Shown piece by piece: positions 47,313-56,974 of a stretch of DNA of 64,000 nt (positions are counted from its first letter, which is position 1; each line of letters begins with the position of its first letter). The notes below the pieces were generated by a model, which did no database searches, was not told the origin of the DNA, and saw nothing but the letters and a program-made list of their open reading frames with translations. Origin of the DNA: Leptonemataceae bacterium (GTDB lineage Bacteria > Spirochaetota > Leptospiria > Leptospirales > Leptonemataceae). The position numbers were made by a program, and so were the translations under genes. The stretch spans positions 256,001-320,000 of the forward strand of contig OZ245742.1 of NCBI GenBank assembly GCA_965227295.1, in the 5' to 3' direction.

Positions 47313-49301
47313 TCAATCCTTCCCCACCCGCACCCCGAAGCCCCGCAGCCCCGCCAGCCAGCTCCGCCTGCCCGAATGATTCAACGTCACCGCGTAACTT
47401 CCACCCGCCGCATCTTTACGCAACACCCGTTCCACCGCCGCCCCGAGAAACCGGAACGTTATGCCAGCGTCTCTTAACGCCCGCCGGTAAAACAGCACCA
47501 GACTCAACTGCCCCGGCGACGTGCCGCAGTAATAGACCGTGCCCTGCCCGTGCCGCCGCCGCGTGATCGCCGCGGCGCCCCGGTAGAACTTCCGCCGGTC
47601 GGTGTAGCGCGCCACGACCTCCACATCCGGCGAGCGCGGTTCCACGATCTCGCACATCTTCGTCGCCCGGCCGGGCAACAAGCGAAAGCGCATCTTCACC
47701 GATTGCGACTCGTCGAGGCCCTCGAACTGCCGCACACGTACGCCTGCCATCTCCGCGAACGGGCCGGGCACCTGATCGTCGCGCATCCAGGCGTTCGTGT
47801 ACTCTTTCAAACCGGCGCGGTAACCGAGAAGCAGCGTACCGCCCGCGCGTACCCAGGCGTCGAGCTTCGCGACGAAGTCGTCGTCGGCCATCCAGTAGAG
47901 CGGGAGGACAATAAACTTATAGTCATCTAAAGTTACATGACTTGCCGGGCGTACGTGACAACCGGCGTTCAGCACGTTCAGCCCGCCGAACCAGGTGGCC
48001 AGCTCCACGTCATAGCCGACGTTCGCGTACGGCACCGGCCGGTACTCCAGCGCCTTGCTGATGGGCTGGATCTTGCAATTGCGCACGTTTTCTATGTCGT
48101 AGACGACGGCGCACGGCGCCGGGGGCGGCTCATCGGCAAACTCCGCGGCGCCGGCGTCGCGGAGCTCCTGCATGGCCGCCCGTAACTCTCGCGCGCGAGA
48201 AGTTAGTTCCTTGTCGTGGTCCAGCAAACCGTAGCACAGTTGCTCCTGGCCGTAATGTGCCGTACGATATCGAAAAAAGTAGACCTGGTTCGCCCCGTGA
48301 GCCACGGCGTGTTTCAGCCACATGCCCACCTGGCCCGGCGGCGGCAAATAGCCCAGCATCCGGTGCCCCTGGAAACCGCAGATCTGCTCCATGACCGTAA
48401 ACGCCCGGTTCTTGAGACCGCGCGCGTACTCGTGCATGAACGACACCAGCGGATGCGGATACGGCGCCGCCATGTCGCCCCACACCGGATAGTTGTCCCA
48501 GGAGATGTAGTCCAGCTCTTCGGCGATCACGGCCCAGTCATAGATCGGCAAAAACGGCGACGGATACAGGTTCGTGGTAATCGCGCGACCGGGGCTGTGC
48601 TTGCGCAGGATCTGCGCCTGGGAGCGCACGAAACTCAGCGCCAGGTCGCTATGATAACGATAAAAATCCTGGAGCATGGACGGCGGGAAGTCCGATTGTA
48701 CATGGACGCCGGGCGTCGGAATCTCGTCCCAGTTCGTATACAGGATGCCCCAGAACCTGCCGCCCCAGGCCTCGTTCAAATTCTTAATGTTCTTGTACTG
48801 AATCTTAAGCCAGGCCCGAAAGCCGGCCAGGGCGGCCGGCCCCTCGTCGATGTCCGAGCCCTCGTGACCCAATTCATTGTCGATCTGCCAGGCAACTACG
48901 GCCGGGTGTTTGCCCAGGGCCTGCGCCATTTTCGTTACAATGCGTTCGCACGCTAAGCGATACTGTTTCGAAGCTAAGGCCGCCTGACGCCGTCCGCCGA
49001 TCTGCCGCACGATGCCCTGGCGCGTAGCCAGCACTTCCGGATGTTTCTTCGCGAGCCAGGGCGGAAACGTGGCCGTGGGCGTTCCGAGAATCGCCGTCAT
49101 GTTCGCGGCCTGCAGCTTATCCAGAACGCGCTCAAAAAACGAGAAATCGTAACGGCCCGGCTTCGGTTCCATGAGCGCCCAGGCGAACTCCCCCAGACGC
49201 ACGGACGTCAGCCCCAGGTCCTGCATGATGCGCAGGTCCTCGTCGAGATCGTGCGGGGACCAGTGTTCCGGATAATAATCGGCGCCGAAGGTGAGAGACA
49301 T
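47313..49301 (-). CDS. Beta-galactosidase, GH42
   Basis: FGADYYPEHW, VRLGEFAW, GTPTATFPPW, WQIDNE, SWDNYP, VMEQ. Confidence 0.93.
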   Translation of the reverse strand: MSLTFGADYYPEHWSPHDLDEDLRIMQDLGLTSVRLGEFAWALMEPKPGRYDFSFFERVLDKLQAANMTAILGTPTATFPPWLAKKHPEVLATRQGIVRQIGGRRQAALASKQYRLACERIVTKMAQALGKHPAVVAWQIDNELGHEGSDIDEGPAALAGFRAWLKIQYKNIKNLNEAWGGRFWGILYTNWDEIPTPGVHVQSDFPPSMLQDFYRYHSDLALSFVRSQAQILRKHSPGRAITTNLYPSPFLPIYDWAVIAEELDYISWDNYPVWGDMAAPYPHPLVSFMHEYARGLKNRAFTVMEQICGFQGHRMLGYLPPPGQVGMWLKHAVAHGANQVYFFRYRTAHYGQEQLCYGLLDHDKELTSRARELRAAMQELRDAGAAEFADEPPPAPCAVVYDIENVRNCKIQPISKALEYRPVPYANVGYDVELATWFGGLNVLNAGCHVRPASHVTLDDYKFIVLPLYWMADDDFVAKLDAWVRAGGTLLLGYRAGLKEYTNAWMRDDQVPGPFAEMAGVRVRQFEGLDESQSVKMRFRLLPGRATKMCEIVEPRSPDVEVVARYTDRRKFYRGAAAITRRRHGQGTVYYCGTSPGQLSLVLFYRRALRDAGITFRFLGAAVERVLRKDAAGGSYAVTLNHSGRRSWLAGLRGFGVRVGKD

Positions 49302-49508
49302 CGCGACAGCTGCGCGCGCCGGACCGCGCAGGCATACGCAAAAATCCCGGTACAGAGCCGTTCCGGACCACCGCCAAACCTTCCAGCAACTGGAGTGTCG
49401 CACAAGATTGGACAAAAAAGTCACGACATTTGACGTTTTTGAGCGGGCGCCCGGTCGAATCCAGGCTTGATTGTATCAAAGTCAGTTTGTCTCTCTCAGG
49501 AGCTTCCC

Positions 49509-49895
49509 ATGAACACGACCCCGACCAAAACCAAAACCGTTATGATTGTAGATGATTCCGCATCCATTCGCAAAGTCGTCGACATTGCGCTGCGCGCCGA
49601 AGGTTTCGCGACCAGAGCCGCGGTGGACGGTGCGGACGCCCTGGAGCAATTGCAGTCTTCCACGGACATAGACGCCATCCTCTGTGATATGAACATGCCC
49701 GGCCTGGACGGCCTCGGATTCATCGGTCGTCTGCGCCTGAACGATGATCATCGCTTTACGCCGGTCATCATGCTGACCACCGAGGCAGCCGAGCAGCACA
49801 TCCACCGCGCCCGCGCCGTGGGTGTTTCGGGCTGGGTGGAAAAACCCTTCAATGCGGATCAGTTGCTCGGCGCGGTTCGCCGCGTCGTGGCCTAA
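49509..49895 (+). CDS. CheY-like single-domain response regulator
   Basis: IVDDS, DMNMPGLDG, MLTT, KPF; AGGAG RBS. Confidence 0.92.
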   Translation: MNTTPTKTKTVMIVDDSASIRKVVDIALRAEGFATRAAVDGADALEQLQSSTDIDAILCDMNMPGLDGLGFIGRLRLNDDHRFTPVIMLTTEAAEQHIHRARAVGVSGWVEKPFNADQLLGAVRRVVA

Positions 49896-49897
49896 GC

Positions 49898-50569
49898 TCA
49901 GACCAGGCCCTGATTCAAACGGCTCCCGAGAAAGCTCTCCAGGCTTTCCCCGGGAGCAAGATGATCGCGCGCAAGGGCCGCCATCCCCGCTTCGGCCATT
50001 GCCTGGAAGCTGCGCCGCCGCGCCGGAACCGCCGACAGGGCCGCGGGTCCGGCGCCGAAATCCAGAACACCCCACAGGGATTGATAGGCGTACGCATCAT
50101 CAAGCCGGCCCCCGCCCTCCACGTCCAGACGCACAGGCCCGAAGTGCACGAACTCGTAGTTCCGCCCGACGGCCTCGGTGGCGTGCATGATCTCCAACTG
50201 CACCGCATTAAGGTACAGTACGAAGATGTTAACGATCGTCCCCGGTGAGGCAGACAACGTGGCGGGGATTGCGCCGTATCCGCTCACGTGATTCGAGTAC
50301 ACGGAGTCGTAGTCGTGCAACTCCCCCCGCACGGCCGGGATCGGCCCGGGATTGCGCCCGGCGAATTTGCGAACGATCTGCTCCGGCGCGCAGTTCGAGC
50401 CGGCGCCGATGACGGGCGTGCGACGTTCCGCGCGAAATTCCGCTGACGCAAAATAGGCGGCGGGATCGGCGAGGACGCGCGTGGTACCGTTCTCGTACAG
50501 GAAGGAGTGTGATGGGATGGCGTAGGGATACGCCAGGGCGCGGTGTAGATCGAAATCGATCACGCCCAC
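49898..50569 (-). CDS. Hypothetical protein (possibly GGCT/AIG2-like fold)
   Basis: GAGSN near the N-terminus and HATE..NY; family call weak. Confidence 0.6.
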   Translation of the reverse strand: MGVIDFDLHRALAYPYAIPSHSFLYENGTTRVLADPAAYFASAEFRAERRTPVIGAGSNCAPEQIVRKFAGRNPGPIPAVRGELHDYDSVYSNHVSGYGAIPATLSASPGTIVNIFVLYLNAVQLEIMHATEAVGRNYEFVHFGPVRLDVEGGGRLDDAYAYQSLWGVLDFGAGPAALSAVPARRRSFQAMAEAGMAALARDHLAPGESLESFLGSRLNQGLV

Positions 50570-51198
50570 AACTTCAGCTCGTACCGATCAGCCGCCTGGC
50601 CGTCACGTTTAGCATCATCGTACAAACTATTAGCGGACTGATTCTTCTCCGGATCCCGCGCCTGCTGCATGGCCTCGCCTTCCATGGCCGCCGCGTCGCC
50701 TGCGGCGGCCATGTCGGCGCCGGAGGGATCGCCGGGGGCCAGGGCCGCCGCGGCAATGCGGCGCGCTTTCTGCGCCGTGGCCTCGGGATCGCCGGCAACC
50801 GGAGACGTATCGATGCGCACTTCCCCGCCCACGGCGTAGGGTTTGCCGTCGGGACCGATCTGATACGTATAGTGCGGGCCGCTGGTGACGAGTTCGCCGG
50901 CCACCGCCATGTGCTTCTGTTCGTGAGTGCGAACCTCGCGATCGCGGGCCTTCAGTTCGTCCACTACCTTCTGTTCATCTTCAGTTAGCTGGTGGTCGGC
51001 GACCGGACCGCTGTTCGCACCGGAGCGGCCGTTCCGCACGGCCTTGCCGGAAACTTCGTCGCGACGATGCTGCAACGCCTCCGCCGGCGAGAGCGGCGTG
51101 CCGTCGGCGCGCTCCTTGTGCATCACCAGCGCGTGTTCGCCGGTGCCGAGCAGGACCGCGGAGGGGTCCGCGAGGATCTTTGCGAGGGCCTGGAGCAT
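50560..51198 (-). CDS. SprA-related family protein
   Basis: LKARDREVRTHEQKH, GPDGKPYAVGGEVRID, AALAPGDPSGAD. Confidence 0.85.
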   Translation of the reverse strand: MLQALAKILADPSAVLLGTGEHALVMHKERADGTPLSPAEALQHRRDEVSGKAVRNGRSGANSGPVADHQLTEDEQKVVDELKARDREVRTHEQKHMAVAGELVTSGPHYTYQIGPDGKPYAVGGEVRIDTSPVAGDPEATAQKARRIAAAALAPGDPSGADMAAAGDAAAMEGEAMQQARDPEKNQSANSLYDDAKRDGQAADRYELKLWA

Positions 51199-51296
51199 CC
51201 CGGTTCGTACTATCGGCGGGCGCGCAGGCGTACTTTATAGGCGCCGGTCCACCGGATTCCTGCTTGCCACCGGGAACGTTCATTCCACAATCCCGC

Positions 51297-52784
51297 ATGA
51301 CCCAGGCCGCCGCGCGTCTATCCACCCGCCTCAAAACGCTCTACAGCACCGGCGACCTCGCCACCTCGATCCCCATCACCATCATCATGTACTTCCGCTT
51401 CGTCTTTCTCGCGGACATCGCGGGATTGGGACCGGCGCTCGCGGGCTGGGTCGTGCTGATCGGCCGGCTGTGGGACGCCGTAAACGATCCGCTGATCGGC
51501 CAGTGGTCGGACCGCATTCGCTCGCGCTTCGGTCGACGGCGCGTGCTGCTGCTCTTCGGTTCGCTGCCGCTGGGATTGTCGTTCGTGATGATGTGGCTCG
51601 TACCGTTCGGCGAAAATCAGGTGATGGCCCTGGCCGTTTATTATACGCTCACGTTCATCGCCTTCGATACGATGTACACCGTCATTCACCTGGGCTACAA
51701 CTCGCTCACACCCGAGCTCACGACAGACTACGACGAACGTTCCTCGCTCAACGGCTACCGCATGGCCTACAGCATCGGCGGCGCCCTGGGGGCCATCATC
51801 CTGAAGACGGTGCTGGGTTGGTACATCACCGATCTCGAAACGCTCTACCAGGTAACGGGCATCGGCCTGGGAGTTTTCATCGTACTGCCGCCGCTGGTGG
51901 TCTTTATCGTCACGAAAGATCACAAGGCGCCGGCGGAACACGACGAGGCGCTTCCCACCTTAGATGCACTTCGGCACACATTAACAAACAAACCGTTCTG
52001 GATGGTGATGGGGCTGTATCTGTTCTCCTGGACCACGGCGTCCATCATGGCGTCCATGCTGGTCTTCTATATTCAGTACTACATGCAATCGCCCGGCCAG
52101 GCGGACTACGTCGTACTCGTGGCACAAAGCGCGGCAATTCTGTTCATCCCCGTCTGCGTCCGGCTCTCACAAAAACTCGACAAGCGCCGCTCGTTCATCG
52201 TCGGTGCGGGCGCCTGGATCGCGGTGCTGCTGGGCATTTCGGGACTCCAGCCGGACCAACTCGGCATCGCCTACATTCTCGCGGGCCTCGCGGGCTTCGG
52301 CATCGCCACGGCCTACGTGGTGCCCTGGTCCATGGTGCCCGACATCATCGAAGAGGATCAAATCAAAACCGGACGGCGACGCGAGGGATCGTTCTACGCC
52401 TTCATTGCATTTTTTCAGAAGTTAGGCACGGCCGTGGCGTTGTGGGCCGTGGGCCAAATGCTCGCCTACTCCGGCTATGTGACGCCGCTGCGCGAGACCA
52501 TCAACGACGGCATCGCGCGTTTCGGCGGCAGCGCGGCCACGGCGCCGGGCATCGACGAGGCCGCGCGCGCGAACATCGCCGCGCTCGTAGATACCATGAC
52601 CGGCCTGCCCGCACAGAGCGCGGCCACGCTGGATACCATGCGCCTGTTCATGGGCCCGGTGCCCGCCGCGTTGTTGCTGCTTGCCATCCTGTGCATCTGG
52701 AACTATCCCATCAGCCGGCAACGACATCAGGACAACCTGGAACAACTGAGCGAAGACGTCGAAGCGACGGTTCCGATTCCGTAA
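51297..52784 (+). CDS. GPH family MFS sugar:cation symporter
   Basis: WDAVNDPLIG..SDR.RSRFGRRR, ELTTDYDERSSL, PDIIE...TGRRREG. Confidence 0.92.
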   Translation: MTQAAARLSTRLKTLYSTGDLATSIPITIIMYFRFVFLADIAGLGPALAGWVVLIGRLWDAVNDPLIGQWSDRIRSRFGRRRVLLLFGSLPLGLSFVMMWLVPFGENQVMALAVYYTLTFIAFDTMYTVIHLGYNSLTPELTTDYDERSSLNGYRMAYSIGGALGAIILKTVLGWYITDLETLYQVTGIGLGVFIVLPPLVVFIVTKDHKAPAEHDEALPTLDALRHTLTNKPFWMVMGLYLFSWTTASIMASMLVFYIQYYMQSPGQADYVVLVAQSAAILFIPVCVRLSQKLDKRRSFIVGAGAWIAVLLGISGLQPDQLGIAYILAGLAGFGIATAYVVPWSMVPDIIEEDQIKTGRRREGSFYAFIAFFQKLGTAVALWAVGQMLAYSGYVTPLRETINDGIARFGGSAATAPGIDEAARANIAALVDTMTGLPAQSAATLDTMRLFMGPVPAALLLLAILCIWNYPISRQRHQDNLEQLSEDVEATVPIP

Positions 52785-52785
52785 C

Positions 52786-53178
52786 GTGGCCCCGCGCAAA
52801 AAGAAAGCCGCGCCGGGGAAAAAACGCACGGCAAAAAAGAAGCGCGCCGTGAAAAAGAAAGTCGCGCCTCGCAAGAAAAGCGGCACATCCAAAAAGAAAA
52901 AGGCTGTACGTAAAAGCGATCCGTGGTATGTTTATATGATCCGCGCGCAAAACGGCGCGTTGTATACCGGCATCACCACGGACCTGGAGCGGCGCCTGGC
53001 CGAACACAAGGCCGGCCCGCGGCGCGGCGGCGCAAAGTACTTCGCGGCGAACGCCCCGGTAAAACTGGTGTATCGCGAAGGCCAGGCGGATCGTTCGTCG
53101 GCAAGCAAACGCGAAGCGGAGATTAAGAAACTGCCGCGCGTTGAAAAGTTACAGTTGATAAAACGACGCGGTATGTGA
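52786..53178 (+). CDS. GIY-YIG nuclease with Lys-rich N-terminal tail
   Basis: WYVYMI...LYTGITTDLERRL.EH..GAKY, REAEIKKL. Confidence 0.88.
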   Translation: MAPRKKKAAPGKKRTAKKKRAVKKKVAPRKKSGTSKKKKAVRKSDPWYVYMIRAQNGALYTGITTDLERRLAEHKAGPRRGGAKYFAANAPVKLVYREGQADRSSASKREAEIKKLPRVEKLQLIKRRGM

Positions 53179-53194
53179 GGGCTCGAGGCCGTTT

Positions 53195-53638
53195 ATGTGG
53201 GAGTACATCGGACCGAACAAAAAAATCCGGCCCGGACGTCCGAATCCGGAGAGCAGCGACATTCACCAGGCGAGCGGTGTCAGTTCAAAGAGCGACGCCG
53301 ACGCCATCGACGGTTCGGAGCACAGTGAACTGGCCGACGAAACGCAACGCCAGCGCCAGGCGCCGCGACGTCGTTTTCGCCCCACGCGAAAACTAACGTG
53401 CCCGGCCTGCGACTCGCCCATGGAAATCGAACAGATCGGCCGTGTGGAGGTGGATCGTTGTACGAACTGCGGCGGCATCTTCCTGGACCCCGGCGAACTG
53501 CGGGAACTTACCGGCACGGGTCTTTCCAGCTATCACCCGGCGCAGCAGAGCGACGAACAGGATCGGGATTTCATCATATATACGCCGCACGGCTTGAGCG
53601 ATCACGTCGTGGATCGCGACCACGATCACGAAGATTAA
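53195..53638 (+). CDS. zf-TFIIB zinc-ribbon protein
   Basis: CPAC..M...VEVDRCTNCGGIFLDPGEL. Confidence 0.8.
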   Translation: MWEYIGPNKKIRPGRPNPESSDIHQASGVSSKSDADAIDGSEHSELADETQRQRQAPRRRFRPTRKLTCPACDSPMEIEQIGRVEVDRCTNCGGIFLDPGELRELTGTGLSSYHPAQQSDEQDRDFIIYTPHGLSDHVVDRDHDHED

Positions 53639-53678
53639 GGCGAACCCTCCGGCCCGGCCCTCGTCGAAAGCAAACAGG

Positions 53679-54377
53679 ATGATTCTTATGAAACGAGTAT
53701 ATCTTTCCATCATGACCGTCGTTGCGTTGTTTTCCGTGCCCCTGGCAGCGCAAGACAACGCGAACGAACCGCAACTCAGCGTCTCCGGCGAGGGCGTCGT
53801 CAGCGTCACCGCGACGCATGCACAGATTCAACTCGGCGTATTTTCCGAGGCGAAAAGCGCCAGGGCCGCCCAGGCCGAGACGGCGCGCAAGGCGAACGCC
53901 GTGGTAAACATGCTGCGCGGCGAGGACGCGAGCGACATCGAAACGGTACGCATATCTTTACAGCCGCGCTACGAACGCAAGAAGACCTCCGGCGAAACCG
54001 AGATTGAAGGCTACATCTCCACGAACGTGCTGTCGTTTCGCATTGAACTGAAACGTGCCGGCGAGTTGCTGGACAAGTCCGTGAAGGCGGGCGCGAACCG
54101 CATCGAATCCGTACAGCTAACTGCCGATGATAAAGTATTAAAGCAAGCCCGGGAACGAGCCCTGGCCGCCGCAGCCGTCGACGCCCGGGCGCAGGCAAAG
54201 ATCGTTCTGGACGCGTTGGGTCTCAAGATGAAACGCATCACGCAAATCAACGCCGGCGCGGCCTTCCCCGGCCCGCGACCCTACGCCATCAATCAAATGC
54301 GGGAAAGCGCGGACACCCCGGTCGTCGGCGGCGACTTAGAAGTGCGCGCGAATGTTTCGATGGTCGTGGAATACTGA
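53679..54377 (+). CDS. SIMPL domain (DUF541) periplasmic protein
   Basis: Signal peptide, LSVSGEG, LQPRY, AGANRI, ALAAAAVDARAQA. Confidence 0.88.
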   Translation: MILMKRVYLSIMTVVALFSVPLAAQDNANEPQLSVSGEGVVSVTATHAQIQLGVFSEAKSARAAQAETARKANAVVNMLRGEDASDIETVRISLQPRYERKKTSGETEIEGYISTNVLSFRIELKRAGELLDKSVKAGANRIESVQLTADDKVLKQARERALAAAAVDARAQAKIVLDALGLKMKRITQINAGAAFPGPRPYAINQMRESADTPVVGGDLEVRANVSMVVEY

Positions 54378-54389
54378 GGTCGGTTTTTT

Positions 54390-54564
54390 ACTCCGAGGAC
54401 CGAGATACCGAGATACCGAGATTTTTTTGGGAAAGTATGCGTGTTTGCTTGCAGTCGGCTAATGAAAGCGGATTGACTAAAAGTCAAAGAAACCAGGTTA
54501 GCAAATCAGCATTCTGCCCACGCCACCCTCCCGAATCTTCCCTCGAAATCTCGGTCCTCGGAGT
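54390..54564. repeat. 175-bp segment bounded by inverted ACTCCGAGGACCGAGAT repeats (family 2, MITE-like)
   Basis: actccgaggaccgagat(accgagat)2 ... atctcggtcctcggagt. Confidence 0.7.
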
Positions 54565-56160
54565 CTATCCCCCCACCCGCTCGGATTTCTCGGCGCCCAG
54601 TTTGCGCGCCGCCCGCAGCACGCTGCTCATGGTCGTGATCTGCGGGTTCACCGAGAGCCCCGTCGGAATCCAGGACGCGTCCATCACGAAGATGTTCTCG
54701 TGCCCGTACAACTCGAAGTTCGGCGCAATGGCTCCCTGCTCCGGCGAGGCCGCCGCCTGAATGGAACCGTGGGGATGCGCCGAGCCGATGCCCACGCGAT
54801 TCACCTCGGCACTCTTTTCCAGGACCCAGTCGAAGTTCGTGCCGGGGTTCACCTTCACCGGCTCCGTCATGTCCAGAAAGGGAAAGATCAACTCGCGCGC
54901 GCCCGCCGCGGCCTGGACCTCGGCGAGCATCTTCAGTCCGCGCAACAGATTCTTTTGATCACCCGGCGTGAGTTCGTAGTAGATTTTACGTTTGCCCCAG
55001 GACCATAACACGCTGCCGCCGGTTTCCCCGTCCGCCCCGTCACGAACCAGGACAATGCCGGCGTTCAGCTTGCGATAGTCGCCGGTGTACTTCACGGCGT
55101 TTTTGCCGTAGAACGGCATGAGCGCCGCGGTGAGCGTGGGGCGGAACGGCGCCACCTCCAGCCAGAAACCGTAGCCGGTGTTATCCTGATTGTGGCCGTC
55201 CTTGATGACCACGGACTGCGGCGGACCGGCCCACATGTCGATGTTTTCGTCAAAGACCGCGAAGATCGTCGACGTGGGGTGCAACTTCAAATTGCGGCCC
55301 ACCCAGTCGTTACCGATGTTGCTCCGCTGCAACAGCGCCGGGCCCTCTAAGGCACCGCCACTAACTATTACCACGGGCGCATCAATGCGCATGTTCTCGA
55401 TGATTTGCGAAGGCGCCGCTTCGTACGGATCCACCGTGAATTCGGCGTAGACCGACTTAATTTTACCGTCCAGGATCTTCGACGCGCGCATGTTCGTTAC
55501 GACGATCGCGCCGTGCTCGACGGCGTCGGGGATCCAGGTCAGGTACGTGGTCTGCTTCGCATTCACGGGACAGCCCAGGCCGCAGCGACCGAGGCCGATG
55601 CACTTGCCGTCGTTGTTGTTCAGCAACACTTCCGGATTGAGGCCGCGCTTGCGACCGCCGTTCATCAACACGGCGTTGTTGCGATTCCTCAGATTCTCGG
55701 GCACGGGTTTCACGCCCAGGCGTGCGTGCACTTCCTCGACGAAGGCGCCCATTTCCCCGCGCTCGCGATCGTAGCCGTCCAGGCCGAAGCGATCCCGCCA
55801 CTCGTCGGTAACGTAGTCCGGCGGGTACAGCGAAGTCTGCCAGTTCACCGTGGTCGAACCGCCCAGGGTGCGCCCCTGCACAATGCTGACGGTCTGATTT
55901 TCGCTGAGCGCGTAACCTGCGTCGCGGTACAAACGTGCGTGGGCCAGGAACTCGTCGTTCGGAAACTGGCCGAGGAAGTGCGAGCCCTCTTCGATTAAAA
56001 CGACGCGCCAGCCCTGTTTCGCCAGTTCGGCGGCGGCCACGGCACCACCGGCCCCGGAGCCGATGATGCAGACGTCCGCCTGGAGCCGCCAGTAGGAACC
56101 GACGCCCTCTTCGCGCATAACGCGCGCATGTTCCGCGGGAGTGATGACTACTTTCTTCAT
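54565..56160 (-). CDS. GMC family oxidoreductase
   Basis: IGSGAGG, GRTLGGSTTVN, CGLGCP, SAHPHGS, DAS..PT...VNPQIT. Confidence 0.92.
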   Translation of the reverse strand: MKKVVITPAEHARVMREEGVGSYWRLQADVCIIGSGAGGAVAAAELAKQGWRVVLIEEGSHFLGQFPNDEFLAHARLYRDAGYALSENQTVSIVQGRTLGGSTTVNWQTSLYPPDYVTDEWRDRFGLDGYDRERGEMGAFVEEVHARLGVKPVPENLRNRNNAVLMNGGRKRGLNPEVLLNNNDGKCIGLGRCGLGCPVNAKQTTYLTWIPDAVEHGAIVVTNMRASKILDGKIKSVYAEFTVDPYEAAPSQIIENMRIDAPVVIVSGGALEGPALLQRSNIGNDWVGRNLKLHPTSTIFAVFDENIDMWAGPPQSVVIKDGHNQDNTGYGFWLEVAPFRPTLTAALMPFYGKNAVKYTGDYRKLNAGIVLVRDGADGETGGSVLWSWGKRKIYYELTPGDQKNLLRGLKMLAEVQAAAGARELIFPFLDMTEPVKVNPGTNFDWVLEKSAEVNRVGIGSAHPHGSIQAAASPEQGAIAPNFELYGHENIFVMDASWIPTGLSVNPQITTMSSVLRAARKLGAEKSERVGG

Positions 56161-56726
56161 ACGTGCACCGCCGGGGAGTACGGGCGCAGGCCGCCGTCTA
56201 AGTTATAGCCGGTGAAAGCTACGTATTCGCGACTGGACGACAACAGAAAGTGGCTGGTCTGTTGCATAATCTTGAACAGGCCCATCTTCATTTGATCGCC
56301 GGAGTGTTTCCAGCCAAGCAAACGTTCTTCGCGCGCCTTCACGTCAAGGGCGACCAGCGTCGTGAACGAACCGTCGAGGGCCAGGGCCGCGAGCCAGGAA
56401 GACGGCGCCCCGGCGAGATCATGGACGAGTTGTTTTTTATCGATGGGGTACGGGTGTCCGTAGACGTAGTCGTCCGCGGCTTTGCCCAGATCGAATTCGA
56501 ACGGCAGCTCGGCCAGGAATACTTCGGCGAGCGCGTTCATGTTGTGATACTCCTGCGCGCTCAGGCCGGCGAGTTTCGGCGTTGCCCCGCCCGGTCCGCA
56601 GCGCAGGTTGCTGCCGGCGCCGACTACGAGCGACGTCGCCGCAAAGGCTTTGATGGCCCCGCGCAAAAACGTGCGCCGCGAGAATGGTGTTTGTGTGATT
56701 GTTGCGAAAGGATTGTGTGTATGCAT
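56157..56726 (-). CDS. Twin-arginine-type partner protein of the GMC oxidoreductase
   Basis: SRRTFLRG motif; ATGA overlap with the GMC gene. Confidence 0.7.
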   Translation of the reverse strand: MHTHNPFATITQTPFSRRTFLRGAIKAFAATSLVVGAGSNLRCGPGGATPKLAGLSAQEYHNMNALAEVFLAELPFEFDLGKAADDYVYGHPYPIDKKQLVHDLAGAPSSWLAALALDGSFTTLVALDVKAREERLLGWKHSGDQMKMGLFKIMQQTSHFLLSSSREYVAFTGYNLDGGLRPYSPAVHV

Positions 56727-56828
56727 GAACTTCCCCCGCGAGACTTTACGGAACGGAAATTCATTTGAACAGCGTTTTTTCGATCGGAGAAGACCCTAAT
56801 CAAGAAGAAGTACTTCGTGGAATAATTC

Positions 56829-56941
56829 TTTGGGCGCGTCGGCGCTTCGCGCCGACCGCGCTACTTCGGGCTCCGCTATCGCTGCGGTCTCGCGCAAGCG
56901 CGAGACTGGCGCTACGCGCCACCCTTCGTATCGCTCGCGCG
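56829..56941 (+). repeat. REP-like element family 1
   Basis: tttgggcg...gggctccgctatcgctgcggtctcgcgcaagcgcgagactgg...atcgctcgcgcg. Confidence 0.8.
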
Positions 56942-56974
56942 AAGAGTCTCGATTCAGTTCGAGCGTCTCAAATT

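Noticed and set aside
50927-52852. 641-aa alternative-frame ORF
   Set aside because: Arg/Pro-rich off-frame reading of the GPH transporter
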